Source: Candidatus Levyibacteriota bacterium (GTDB lineage Bacteria; Patescibacteriota; Microgenomatia; Levybacterales; UBA12049). From it: 64,000 nucleotides of DNA. The stretch is from assembly GCA_003152105.1 (NCBI GenBank), contig PLZJ01000002.1:236257-300256 (forward strand), read 5' to 3'. Below are positions 1 through 8,944 of this stretch, one piece after another. Positions within the stretch are counted from its first letter, which is position 1; every line of letters starts with the position of its first letter. The position numbers and the translations under genes are program-made. The notes beneath the pieces are model-generated. The model did not search any database. It was not told the DNA's origin and saw only the letters and a program-made list of their open reading frames with translations.

Positions 1-1
1 T

Positions 2-766
2 GTATCAAAAATAGCAAGAACTTTTTTTGGCAAGGTTGAGGGTGTTACTAAGCCTGATAATACAGTAGTTACTAAGGTAGATTTTAAAATCGGAAAACAA
101 ATAATCGATAAATTACAAAATACGTTTCCTGACGCAAATATTATTGATGAGGAAAAAGGAGTTATTGATAAACAAAGTAAATTAACTTGGGTAATTGATC
201 CAATCGATGGTACTTCTAATTATGCACTTGGAATTCCTTTGTATGGAATTATGATCGGACTTTTGGAAAATAATCAACCTATTGCTGGTGGAGTCGCTTT
301 GCCATATTTTAATGAAATAATTATAGCAGAAAAAAATAAAGGGGCATTTTGTAATGCAACTCCAATACACGTAACGAAAGAAAAAACATTGAGAAGCACA
401 CTGGTAGCATATGGGTCTGATCCTCATTATGAAGACCCAGCTATAACTAGAAAGGAATTCCAAAAGTTATTTCAAATTTATTTAGGAATAAGAAATTTAC
501 GGTCTAGTAATTGTGTCTATGATTCTATGCTAGTCGCAAAAGGAAAATATGGTGGATTTTTAAGTAGAACTAGTAAAATATGGGATAACGTTGCTCAGCA
601 AGTAATTCTTGAAGAGTCAGGCGCAGTGTATACTGATTTTTTTGGGAATTCGATAAATTATAGTAACCCTCTTAGAAAAGTTAACGATAATTTTACTTTT
701 TGTATGGCATCTCCAACTTTACACAACTCCTTACAACAATTAATCGCGAAAAAAAGCGATTATTAA
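2..766 (+). CDS. Inositol monophosphatase family protein (5'-truncated by window edge)
   Basis: The frame is open from position 2 and reads IIDEEKG...WVIDPIDGTSNY (IMPase signature), with C-terminal IWDNVAQ. The ORF track shows only the part from 239. Confidence 0.9.
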   Translation, partial: VSKIARTFFGKVEGVTKPDNTVVTKVDFKIGKQIIDKLQNTFPDANIIDEEKGVIDKQSKLTWVIDPIDGTSNYALGIPLYGIMIGLLENNQPIAGGVALPYFNEIIIAEKNKGAFCNATPIHVTKEKTLRSTLVAYGSDPHYEDPAITRKEFQKLFQIYLGIRNLRSSNCVYDSMLVAKGKYGGFLSRTSKIWDNVAQQVILEESGAVYTDFFGNSINYSNPLRKVNDNFTFCMASPTLHNSLQQLIAKKSDY

Positions 767-906
767 TGACTATGCCAAACGCCTTTTTTCACTAACGCAA
801 GAGATATATTATCAGTCTTACTTTCAGTTTCCATAATAAATTGAAGATATAACTATAATAAAACAAATACACTTATCTAGCCGTTAACTTAGTAAGTTAA
901 AGATTT

Positions 907-915
907 TGTTATAAT
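907..915 (+). promoter_or_regulatory. Extended -10 promoter (TGtTATAAT), 6 nt before the AKR ATG
   Basis: TG at 907-908, TATAAT at 910-915, ATG at 922, no SD sequence. Confidence 0.65.
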
Positions 916-921
916 GTTTCA

Positions 922-1758
922 ATGAAGATACCATCAAAAAAATTATCAAATGGGTTTTCACTACCTGTTTATGGACTCGGTACTTGGTTAATGGGTGGAT
1001 CGTTTTCTGCAGAAAAAAATGACGACAAAAGAAATGTTAACTCAATAAAAACTGCAATAGAACTGGGTGTTACACATATAGATACAGCAGAGATTTATGG
1101 AAAAGGACACACAGAAGAATTAGTGGGATTATCAATTAAATCTTTCCAGAGGAGCAGTCTTACTATAACTACAAAGGTCTGGAGTGATAATTTAAAATAT
1201 AATGATATTATTGCAGCTTGTCAAAGATCTTTAAATAGATTGCAAACTAGCTATATTGATTTATATCTAATTCATCACCCCAGCAATACGATTCCCCTAG
1301 AAGAATCTATGCTTGCAATGGATTATTTAAAAAAGAAAGCCTTAATAAAAGATATTGGAGTAAGCAATTTTACTGTAGATTTATTTAAAAAAGCTCAATT
1401 GTTAAGTAGTAACAAGATTTGCGTAAATCAGATTCATTATAATATAGCAAATAGAGAACATCAGGACATGGTTTCATACGCACAACAAAATGATATTTTA
1501 ATCACTGCTTACAGGCCATTAGAGAAAGGATTTCTTCTTGATAAGGATATCAGTGAGCTACAAGTATTAAGCAAGAAATATAATAAAACTCCTGCTCAGA
1601 TCGCATTAAATTGGTTAATTTGCAAAAAAAATATTGTTCTTATTGCTAAAACTGTTAATATAAAACATTTGCAAGAAAATATCGGAGCTTTGATTTGGAA
1701 ATTGGAAGAAAAAGATATCGAAATGTTAGATCGCTTAAATTTGACAAGTATCACGTGA
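922..1758 (+). CDS. Aldo/keto reductase
   Basis: GLGTW, IDTAEIYG, TTKV, IDLYLIH, IGVSNF, TPAQIALNW; D-Y-K-H tetrad present. Confidence 0.95.
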   Translation: MKIPSKKLSNGFSLPVYGLGTWLMGGSFSAEKNDDKRNVNSIKTAIELGVTHIDTAEIYGKGHTEELVGLSIKSFQRSSLTITTKVWSDNLKYNDIIAACQRSLNRLQTSYIDLYLIHHPSNTIPLEESMLAMDYLKKKALIKDIGVSNFTVDLFKKAQLLSSNKICVNQIHYNIANREHQDMVSYAQQNDILITAYRPLEKGFLLDKDISELQVLSKKYNKTPAQIALNWLICKKNIVLIAKTVNIKHLQENIGALIWKLEEKDIEMLDRLNLTSIT

Positions 1759-1776
1759 GTATTTAATAATAAAATT

Positions 1777-1968
1777 GTGAATAAGAGTTTGATAGCTGAA
1801 TTATGCGGAGTATTTCTGCTTCTCACAGGTGGCATTTTGTTTATATTTATATTTTACCAAGGAGAAACGCAACCAAAATATGCCTTGATAGTAATAATGC
1901 TTATAGCTCTTGGTATATATTCAATATACAATAGCAGGAAATTTAAAAAGCATCACAAGTTAAAATGA
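1777..1968 (+). CDS. Small two-TM membrane protein
   Basis: Two hydrophobic stretches and a basic tail; 4-nt overlap with the next gene; GTG start. Confidence 0.6.
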   Translation: MNKSLIAELCGVFLLLTGGILFIFIFYQGETQPKYALIVIMLIALGIYSIYNSRKFKKHHKLK

Positions 1969-2360
1969 AATCGATAACACAGTCATATGTGATACATGCA
2001 TCGATTAGTGAAGTTTGGAATGGACTTGTGAATGAGGAATACATAAATAGCTGGGGTGGTGGTCCTGCTAAAATGAATAAAATTCCGGAGGGTAAATTTT
2101 TTTTATGGGGAGGTAGTATCTGGGGTATCAATAAAAAAGTTGAGAAGAATAAAAGTTTAATACAGGAATGGTATAGTGAAAGTAAAAATAGAAAATGGGA
2201 TAAGCCATCGATCGTGACATTTTCCATAAGACAAGATGGAAATAATGTGAAAGTAGAATTGCATCAAACTAATATTCCAGATGATGATGTAAAAAGTATC
2301 GATTCAGGATGGAAGGAATATTATCTTGGCCCAATGAAAGAATATCTTGAATCAAAATAA
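1965..2360 (+). CDS. SRPBCC/AHSA1-like domain protein
   Basis: IHASISEVWNGL...LIQEW...VELHQTNIP...GWKEYYLGPMKEYLE pattern of the AHSA1 C-terminal domain. Confidence 0.85.
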   Translation: MKSITQSYVIHASISEVWNGLVNEEYINSWGGGPAKMNKIPEGKFFLWGGSIWGINKKVEKNKSLIQEWYSESKNRKWDKPSIVTFSIRQDGNNVKVELHQTNIPDDDVKSIDSGWKEYYLGPMKEYLESK

Positions 2361-2397
2361 GTTAAGATCTATTATTTGAATTATTTCAGTTTTACTT

Positions 2398-2976
2398 ATG
2401 AAAAAATTATTTATACCAGTGATTTTAGGTACTTCTCGTCCTGGTAGGCAATCAGAGAAAGTAGCAAATCTCATAGTTAAAACAAGCAAAGAAATACCTA
2501 ATATCGTAACTAGCTTAATAGATCCGTTGGACTTCCATTTTCCTTATGACGGAAATGATAGTGAAAATAAAGATCCTAGGTACACCGAAATTACAGATAA
2601 AGCTGATGGATTTATTATCGTAACACCTGAATATAACCATAGTTTTCCAGGAACTTTAAAACGAATGTTAGATAGCGAGCTGAAAAATTACATACACAAA
2701 CCAGTTGCAATTGCAGGTGTTTCAAATGGAATTTTTGGTGGAGCAAGAGCAATAGAAAATTTATTGCCTACACTTCGAGAAATGGGTATGATTGCTTCAT
2801 TTTCTGATCTCTATTTTCCAGAAGTCCAAAACTTATTTGATGAAAATGGAAACATACTGGATACGTCTTATGTTAGAAGAATTAAAAGAACATTAGATGA
2901 ATTAACTTGGTTAGCAACAACACTAAATTGGGGTAAAGAAAATATACCAAATATATATCACAAAATAGAAAAATAG
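2398..2976 (+). CDS. NADPH-dependent FMN reductase
   Basis: ILGTSRPGRQS, ADGFIIVTPEYNHSFPGTLK, KPVA, GGARA motifs. Confidence 0.93.
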   Translation: MKKLFIPVILGTSRPGRQSEKVANLIVKTSKEIPNIVTSLIDPLDFHFPYDGNDSENKDPRYTEITDKADGFIIVTPEYNHSFPGTLKRMLDSELKNYIHKPVAIAGVSNGIFGGARAIENLLPTLREMGMIASFSDLYFPEVQNLFDENGNILDTSYVRRIKRTLDELTWLATTLNWGKENIPNIYHKIEK

Positions 2977-3010
2977 AATTATAGTTTTTTTGAATTAAAA
3001 CCTCAAACTA

Positions 3011-3451
3011 TTATTTATCTTCAGTGTCGGGTGAATAGCGAATCGCAATAGTTCTAATAGCTATAAGTGAAAATAAAATTAGTATTAAGGGAAGAGTATT
3101 TTGAATAGTAGTTCCCTTAAACCAAAGAGATATCACCTCGTTAAGCATGACTATTAATACGGTATCAACAATAAATGTAACTCTTACTCTACCATTAGAT
3201 AGATAGCCGTTTATGGTTTTTAGCACTTCTACTACTGCAAGTAGCGTTAACGCATCGACGAGTATTTGTCGGAGCGCATTTTCTAAATTCCCAAAAAGTA
3301 ATAGAAGGTCAATTGCAGTTTTTAGTATACCTATTAAAAAAGCTAACAATATAATTCCAATTAAAGCGCGAAGCAAAAGAAGTGTATATCTTGTTAAATA
3401 ATCTGACGCAGATTTGTCTGAACTTTTAAGCAGATGTTTTGTAACTGCCAT
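3011..3451 (-). CDS. Phosphate-starvation-inducible PsiE-family membrane protein
   Basis: Four TM helices; ILVDALTLLAVVEVLKTINGYL and RVTFIVDTVLIVMLNEVI resemble PsiE. Confidence 0.75.
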   Translation of the reverse strand: MAVTKHLLKSSDKSASDYLTRYTLLLLRALIGIILLAFLIGILKTAIDLLLLFGNLENALRQILVDALTLLAVVEVLKTINGYLSNGRVRVTFIVDTVLIVMLNEVISLWFKGTTIQNTLPLILILFSLIAIRTIAIRYSPDTEDK

Positions 3452-3553
3452 AGTATTTTCGCTTGTATGATAATCTAAATAGTTTTAAAAAACAAGGTTA
3501 TTTTATTAAACACTTAAGCTTATTCTCAGAAACGAAGTGTATACTCTATGTAA

Positions 3554-3590
3554 TAAAACGATACCGAACTCTGGATGCGGTATCGTTTTA
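3554..3590. repeat. Perfect 13-bp inverted repeat (terminator-like hairpin)
   Basis: TAAAACGATACCG, 11-nt loop, CGGTATCGTTTTA; lies between divergent genes. Confidence 0.85.
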
Positions 3591-3614
3591 CTTTGTTCCT
3601 CAGTATAAAATTAC

Positions 3615-3643
3615 TTGAAAGAATTTTCTTAAATAGGTACAAT
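3615..3643 (+). promoter_or_regulatory. Sigma70 promoter TTGAAA-17-TACAAT, 7 nt before ATG
   Basis: -35 at 3615-3620, -10 at 3638-3643, ATG at 3651. Confidence 0.7.
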
Positions 3644-3650
3644 TAGTGCC

Positions 3651-4553
3651 ATGAAAAGATTTATAGCCTTTGTACTAGTGATAATTATAATTATTGCTTA
3701 TCACACATATTTAATTGCTATTATTACACCATATATTTCTTATTCTCCCTGTGACACGCCTCTTGGTTATCATATTGGTAGTATTGATAGTAGATTTAAT
3801 ATTACTAAAAATGAATTTGCCTCAGATATTACAGAAGCTACAAATATTTGGAGTAAGGCTGAAAATAAAAATTTATTTGTATACAGTAACTCACAAAATG
3901 CTATAACCGTAAATTTTGTTTATGACCAGAGACAATATCTCAATACGCAAATTACTCAAATTAATAATCAATTACACACAGAACAAACAAATATAGACCC
4001 TAAAATTAATCAATACAATAGTGAATCTCAGGCATTTCATCAACAGGCAAGTGCATTAAATCAACAAATTGCTTATTGGAATAGTAAGGGTGGTGCGCCA
4101 CCAGACACGTATAATACATTAATTCAACAACAAAACGCACTTCAAGCTGAAGCTAATCGTTTGAACGAAATGGCATCTGAACTTAATCAGTCAACAGGTG
4201 ATTATAATCTTCAAATAAAGCAATTAAATCAAACAGAAAATACCTATAACCAGGTAATAAAAGCAAGACCAGAAGAAGGTTTATGGAATCCTAAGGCAAA
4301 TACTATCACTATATATTTTAATATAACTCACATCGAATTAGTACATACCCTAGCTCATGAATTTGGACATTCACTTGGCATGGAGCATGTTCCTGATCAA
4401 CTTGCTATAATGTATTTTCAAACGAATGATCGAATCACACCAACTAGCGATGATTTAAATCAGTTACACACAGTTTGTAAAAAGGTAACTATATTTGAAT
4501 TATGGATAGAAAAAGTAAACTATATTATTGCTTCTCTTCAACAAATTAAATAA
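3651..4553 (+). CDS. Matrixin-family (metzincin) metalloprotease with coiled-coil insertion
   Basis: N-terminal TM; HEFGHSLGMEH zinc motif plus Met-turn AIMY; Q/N-rich coiled coil in the middle. Confidence 0.9.
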   Translation: MKRFIAFVLVIIIIIAYHTYLIAIITPYISYSPCDTPLGYHIGSIDSRFNITKNEFASDITEATNIWSKAENKNLFVYSNSQNAITVNFVYDQRQYLNTQITQINNQLHTEQTNIDPKINQYNSESQAFHQQASALNQQIAYWNSKGGAPPDTYNTLIQQQNALQAEANRLNEMASELNQSTGDYNLQIKQLNQTENTYNQVIKARPEEGLWNPKANTITIYFNITHIELVHTLAHEFGHSLGMEHVPDQLAIMYFQTNDRITPTSDDLNQLHTVCKKVTIFELWIEKVNYIIASLQQIK

Positions 4554-4572
4554 GTTTTTAAAATAACCAGCT

Positions 4573-5397
4573 ATGCAAAAATCTTTAATAATAATTTCTA
4601 ATAGTAACGAAATCAAAACACTACAAAAAAAAATCGCTAAACAAAAAAAAGTATTACTCAATTTGAGTGACAAAATAGAATTACTCACCATGGAAATTGA
4701 TGATATTGAGCAGCAATATAGAGTTAGAATAGGAAGTCTACAAGTAAAAGATAATATGTTGGAGATTGAAATAATTCGAGCCCGTAAAATATTAGAATTG
4801 ATGGAAGTAGGATTAACTAGAGAAGAAGCAACTGAAGAGGTTCTACAAAATCTTAAGAATGAAAATAAGTATGAAGAAGATATTAATTTTACTGAAGGAT
4901 CTATTCCTTCATTCCTTTTTGATAATAATAAAGATGAAGATGTAAGCATTAAGAAATTATGGAAGAAACTCCTGCACGCCTTTCATCCAGATTTGACACA
5001 AGATAAAGCAGAAAAGAAGCGCAGAAATGAAATTGTAAAGAAAATAAATACTGCTTATAGATTAGGTGATTTTAATACACTCAGAAACGTAGAAGAAAAA
5101 GAATATCTTACCCTTGAAAAGAATGAAAGCCTCTCATCGATTTCAAAACTTCAAGAAACGTTAATTTCAATAGAAAATGCAATTATACATCAAGTGTCTC
5201 AACTCGATAAATTGAAGAAAACGGAATGGTATAAATGGGTAATAATTTCAAATAAAAAACGAGAATCACTATTTTTGAATCTTGAATCTAAGCTTCAGTT
5301 TCAAGTAAATAATAAAGAAAAACTACTCCATACGTTAAAAAATAAGAACCCAATAAGTAGATTTTCATACGCTTTTAGAAACGAGGACAGTAAATAA
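4573..5397 (+). CDS. Coiled-coil protein with internal J-domain
   Basis: IKKLWKKLLHAFHPDL...RNEIVKKINTAY (J-domain helices II/III with HPD), flanked by heptad repeats. Confidence 0.8.
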   Translation: MQKSLIIISNSNEIKTLQKKIAKQKKVLLNLSDKIELLTMEIDDIEQQYRVRIGSLQVKDNMLEIEIIRARKILELMEVGLTREEATEEVLQNLKNENKYEEDINFTEGSIPSFLFDNNKDEDVSIKKLWKKLLHAFHPDLTQDKAEKKRRNEIVKKINTAYRLGDFNTLRNVEEKEYLTLEKNESLSSISKLQETLISIENAIIHQVSQLDKLKKTEWYKWVIISNKKRESLFLNLESKLQFQVNNKEKLLHTLKNKNPISRFSYAFRNEDSK

Positions 5398-5434
5398 TCC
5401 TAATAGCTACACGCAACTTCTTAACTAGAAGTAA

Positions 5435-7246
5435 TTAAAGAAACGTAATTCCTAATATAGTTTTTATACCCAAAGCTTTTGCTGTGAGATTGATAAGCAT
5501 ATTATCAATTGAGTGTTTTACCCACCCGTAATTCGTAAAATTTTGCTCGTTATATGAATTTATAAATAGCGAAGGAATAGTGACACCAAATTGTTTTGCT
5601 TGATTTTCATTTTTAATAACCATAAGTTGACTTGCATGACTCTGAAGACAATTAATAAATTGATTTCTATTTAAGCCTAATTGAGTAGCATAATCTGCTA
5701 AGGTAATTGGAAGTGAAGAGGTAGTATCAGCAGTCCAATCATGTTGAGCCGAATATAATAGATCATGAAACTGCCAAAACTTATGTTGAGAACTTGCACA
5801 TTCAGAAGCTTCGTTTGCTAGTTCTGAATTTTGATATTGCTGGTTGTAGATAGGAAAATAATATAATGATATTTGCCCAGAATTAATATAAGTTGGAAGA
5901 ATTTTATTGAAGACTAGTTCATAAAACTGTTTACTTGTTGTACTTTGAAAATCTCCAAATTCAACTATATTTATATTTGTATTTATTTTTCCTTTGACAG
6001 GGAGATTGTTTAGCTGAAGGTTAGATCTAAAAGTACTTAAATCATTTGTGTGACTTATTGTTTGTGATAGAACATCTTTTAGTTTACTTAAAGGTTGAAC
6101 ATGACTTGGTGTTATATTATTTGTCGCGAGATTTGAAAAAGTAACTGAAATAGAAAGTGGGAATCCATTACTTGTAACTGGAGTTATATATTGAGTTATT
6201 GGCATAAATATAGTGTTAATATTCAGCTTAGTAATCCGATATGTAGATTTGTCTATAAAGAGATTAACTATAGTAGATCTTAAAAATCTAGAAAAATAAA
6301 CAAAATTGCTTAATTTTGGATTCGTTTGACGGAGGAAATTATCTATTTCTTGAAGCGTAGAAGTGTCTGTATTAATAGTAAAAAGATAAGTAGGATTATT
6401 ATTTTGCAGCACGTCAGATACCTTAGCGCGAGATAAAAGATCGTTTTCTAAATTTGAAAGTATCTGTTGTTTTTCGTTGTCATTTATAGGTGGATTATCT
6501 GAAAGTGTTGTTGATGGTAAAGTCCTATCAGTATACCAAGTTTTAGCTAAAAGTTTTTGATTTTGATTGGAAACTCCAAACGCGCTATATAAGAATGGGA
6601 ATGAATTGAATTTATAATAAACATTATTTTTTACATATAAAGTATTAATACTCAAATTATTTGCTTGCGTCGTGAATAAATTGATACTAGGATTATTGCT
6701 ATAATCTACACTCCCTTTTGTTAAAAATGTAAGTTCATTAACTCCTAATAAGGAATGTATTGAGGCAGTGCGAATTGTTGTCTTTGCAGTAAAAGATTGG
6801 CTTGAAGTGTCCATTTGAGTTGTAAAAACTTTATCGAGAATGTACCGAGGTGTTTTTGGTAAAAATGGAATGGATAAAATAAAGCTAGTTAGCTGCGATT
6901 GAAGATTGTCATTTGTAATAGGGATAAGTCCGTACGCCGCAAAAATAACAGTTAAAGGTAGTATTATTAGTATAATGAGTACCGGCAAAATTATTTTTAC
7001 TTTAGTTTTTGATTTTTTTCCAGATAAGGGTTTTTCGTTAAAGAAGTGCGACTCATGAAGTGAATTTGATACTGTTTCTTCCTGTTTTATATTCTCTTTT
7101 TGTTTTAGGTTTAATATGTGGTTAAATCCTGACTCTATATCATTCTTGTTCCAACCAGCTGTTAGAAGTGCATTTATGATTTCTTGCTTACTAACATTAT
7201 GTTTTAGCTGCGAAGTAATGTAGGAAATTAATTCAGGAGTTATCAT
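5435..7246 (-). CDS. Membrane-anchored protein with C-terminal DsbA/thioredoxin-like domain lacking CxxC
   Basis: TM near residues 85-105; IVEFGDFQSTTS, ANEASECASSQHKFWQFHDLLY, FINCL and GVTIPSLFIN follow the DsbA/BdbD pattern. Confidence 0.8.
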   Translation of the reverse strand: MITPELISYITSQLKHNVSKQEIINALLTAGWNKNDIESGFNHILNLKQKENIKQEETVSNSLHESHFFNEKPLSGKKSKTKVKIILPVLIILIILPLTVIFAAYGLIPITNDNLQSQLTSFILSIPFLPKTPRYILDKVFTTQMDTSSQSFTAKTTIRTASIHSLLGVNELTFLTKGSVDYSNNPSINLFTTQANNLSINTLYVKNNVYYKFNSFPFLYSAFGVSNQNQKLLAKTWYTDRTLPSTTLSDNPPINDNEKQQILSNLENDLLSRAKVSDVLQNNNPTYLFTINTDTSTLQEIDNFLRQTNPKLSNFVYFSRFLRSTIVNLFIDKSTYRITKLNINTIFMPITQYITPVTSNGFPLSISVTFSNLATNNITPSHVQPLSKLKDVLSQTISHTNDLSTFRSNLQLNNLPVKGKINTNINIVEFGDFQSTTSKQFYELVFNKILPTYINSGQISLYYFPIYNQQYQNSELANEASECASSQHKFWQFHDLLYSAQHDWTADTTSSLPITLADYATQLGLNRNQFINCLQSHASQLMVIKNENQAKQFGVTIPSLFINSYNEQNFTNYGWVKHSIDNMLINLTAKALGIKTILGITFL

Positions 7247-7339
7247 GATTAAAAATAACCCAAATTAGTATAAATTAGATTACATTTATTTATCAACAGA
7301 CCATCAAGTGAGAAAAATTAATTGTCAACAACTGCAAAG

Positions 7340-8233
7340 TTATTGTCCTGCAGTAGGGCTTACATTAATTGTTGGTGAAATACTTGGGTTTGGGAGTTTT
7401 TTCGAGTGTATAATATCTCTCATGCCAGAGTTAATAGTAGCAATATCTGATGCTATTCCTTTGATATCATTTATGACTGATTGTACTTTACTTCTAGCAT
7501 CAAGTATATTTGACCTGTTTCCAGGATATCCTTGTGGAGTTAATGCCAATAATTCAGTTTGTGCCTGGGAAATTAATCCTTGCGCATCAGTTAGCTTAGA
7601 TTGCGCATCAGAGAGAGCAGTAGTAAGGGCACTATTGCTGCTTCCCCCAGAGTTTATTGCTGTTTGTTTTCCTGTTAGTTTAGCAGATATCTCATTAAGG
7701 AGAGTTGTTAGTTTGTCCGTTGCAGCGAGTAAATTAATTTCAGGTATAAATACTGCAAATACTCGATATGAATCAATTATAGATTGCTTGTCTGATTTAA
7801 GTGTTGTCGGATCGGTATCTGAGTCAATTTTTGTTTGAAGTGAAGTTAATGTAGAAATTTCTGACTGAACTTGTGAAGTGTAAGAATTAATTTGAGTTTG
7901 CGTTAAATTTTTCATTTGTCCGAGCCTAGTTATTAAGTTTTGCAAACCCGTGATCCTTCGCTGTATCTCCTTATCTGCGTTCGATTTAGCATTAGTAATA
8001 TGTTGTGTGAGATTATCGCTTCGTTTTTGAGCTGCCGCCGTAATATTTGCAATATGGTTTTCTTTATTTAATCCTGTTGTTATGCCGCCTGATGCTTGAG
8101 ATGTAGGAGCTATAGTAGGTTGCGAGTCAGAAGCAGTTTGAGCAAATGAGATTTTAATTAAGGCTATTTCGAATACGAGAAATACTAAAGTGAAAATTAT
8201 AATTTTATGTAGTAGTAATAATTGAATTCTCAT
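7340..8233 (-). CDS. Secreted alpha-helical coiled-coil protein
   Basis: Signal-like N-terminus ending SFA-Q; long heptad-rich helices; P/S/T-rich tail. Confidence 0.75.
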   Translation of the reverse strand: MRIQLLLLHKIIIFTLVFLVFEIALIKISFAQTASDSQPTIAPTSQASGGITTGLNKENHIANITAAAQKRSDNLTQHITNAKSNADKEIQRRITGLQNLITRLGQMKNLTQTQINSYTSQVQSEISTLTSLQTKIDSDTDPTTLKSDKQSIIDSYRVFAVFIPEINLLAATDKLTTLLNEISAKLTGKQTAINSGGSSNSALTTALSDAQSKLTDAQGLISQAQTELLALTPQGYPGNRSNILDARSKVQSVINDIKGIASDIATINSGMRDIIHSKKLPNPSISPTINVSPTAGQ

Positions 8234-8241
8234 AGTATTTA

Positions 8242-8643
8242 TTATTGATTTACGTTAATTGGTTTATCATTTATGCCTTGATCTGCGTTTGATGTATCAG
8301 AGTTAACAGAATTTAGGCTTGAATCAATACTTTGTACATCAGGATCACTACTCGTAATAGAAGGCGTTACGGGAGTTGGAGTATTTGAAATTGAAGAGGT
8401 TTGACTAACTGTTTTTTGTGTCAATGCAGGAGGCGGATTATTTGTTTTGGTAGGAATAAATAAATAAACAAGAATACCTCCGATAACTACCACTCCAAAA
8501 ATTACAAGGAGAATTATAACCTTGTTAGGAGATTTTTTCTCAGATGAAGTTACTGGTTGGTTTACGGTGCTAGTGCTCGCTTGTTGTTGAGCAGGTTGCA
8601 CAGGAGGATTTATTGGAGGAGTAGGTTGTTGAATATCGCTCAT
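8242..8643 (-). CDS. Single-TM protein with P/S/T/Q-rich low-complexity arms
   Basis: TM VIILLVIFGVVVIGGILVYLFI; own promoter upstream. Confidence 0.75.
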   Translation of the reverse strand: MSDIQQPTPPINPPVQPAQQQASTSTVNQPVTSSEKKSPNKVIILLVIFGVVVIGGILVYLFIPTKTNNPPPALTQKTVSQTSSISNTPTPVTPSITSSDPDVQSIDSSLNSVNSDTSNADQGINDKPINVNQ

Positions 8644-8649
8644 ATAATA

Positions 8650-8678
8650 AGAGTAATAAATTTATATTAGCGAGTCAA
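8650..8678 (-). promoter_or_regulatory. Sigma70 promoter TTGACT-17-TACTCT, 6 nt before ATG
   Basis: Plus strand AGTCAA at 8673-8678 and AGAGTA at 8650-8655; ATG at 8643. Confidence 0.6.
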
Positions 8679-8763
8679 GTGTTTTTAAAATTTAATATTT
8701 TTTCTTACATTGTTCTTACGATTTTATTATGGATAAGTTACCTCAATATAGTTTAATGTATAT

Positions 8764-8934
8764 ATGAAATATATGTTCTATAAAAAATATGGTCAAACTC
8801 AACAGGAATTTAACGCAATTTATCAAATAGATCCTTTTTCAATTTCGTTATTCAATACAGAATACGAAACGCATAAAGGTAGTAAAGGTGGCAAATCTAT
8901 TAGAGTTAAAAAATCTAAGAAAATATATAAATAA
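8764..8934 (+). CDS. Putative 56-aa basic small protein (below ORF-track cutoff)
   Basis: ATG..TAA open frame MKYMFYKKYGQTQQEFNAIYQIDPFSISLFNTEYETHKGSKGGKSIRVKKSKKIYK fills a 300-nt gap. Confidence 0.35.
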   Translation: MKYMFYKKYGQTQQEFNAIYQIDPFSISLFNTEYETHKGSKGGKSIRVKKSKKIYK

Positions 8935-8944
8935 TCATTAGTCT

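Noticed and set aside
7308-7838. 176-aa plus-strand ORF
   Set aside because: Antisense to the 297-aa coiled-coil gene, which has a signal peptide and operon context.
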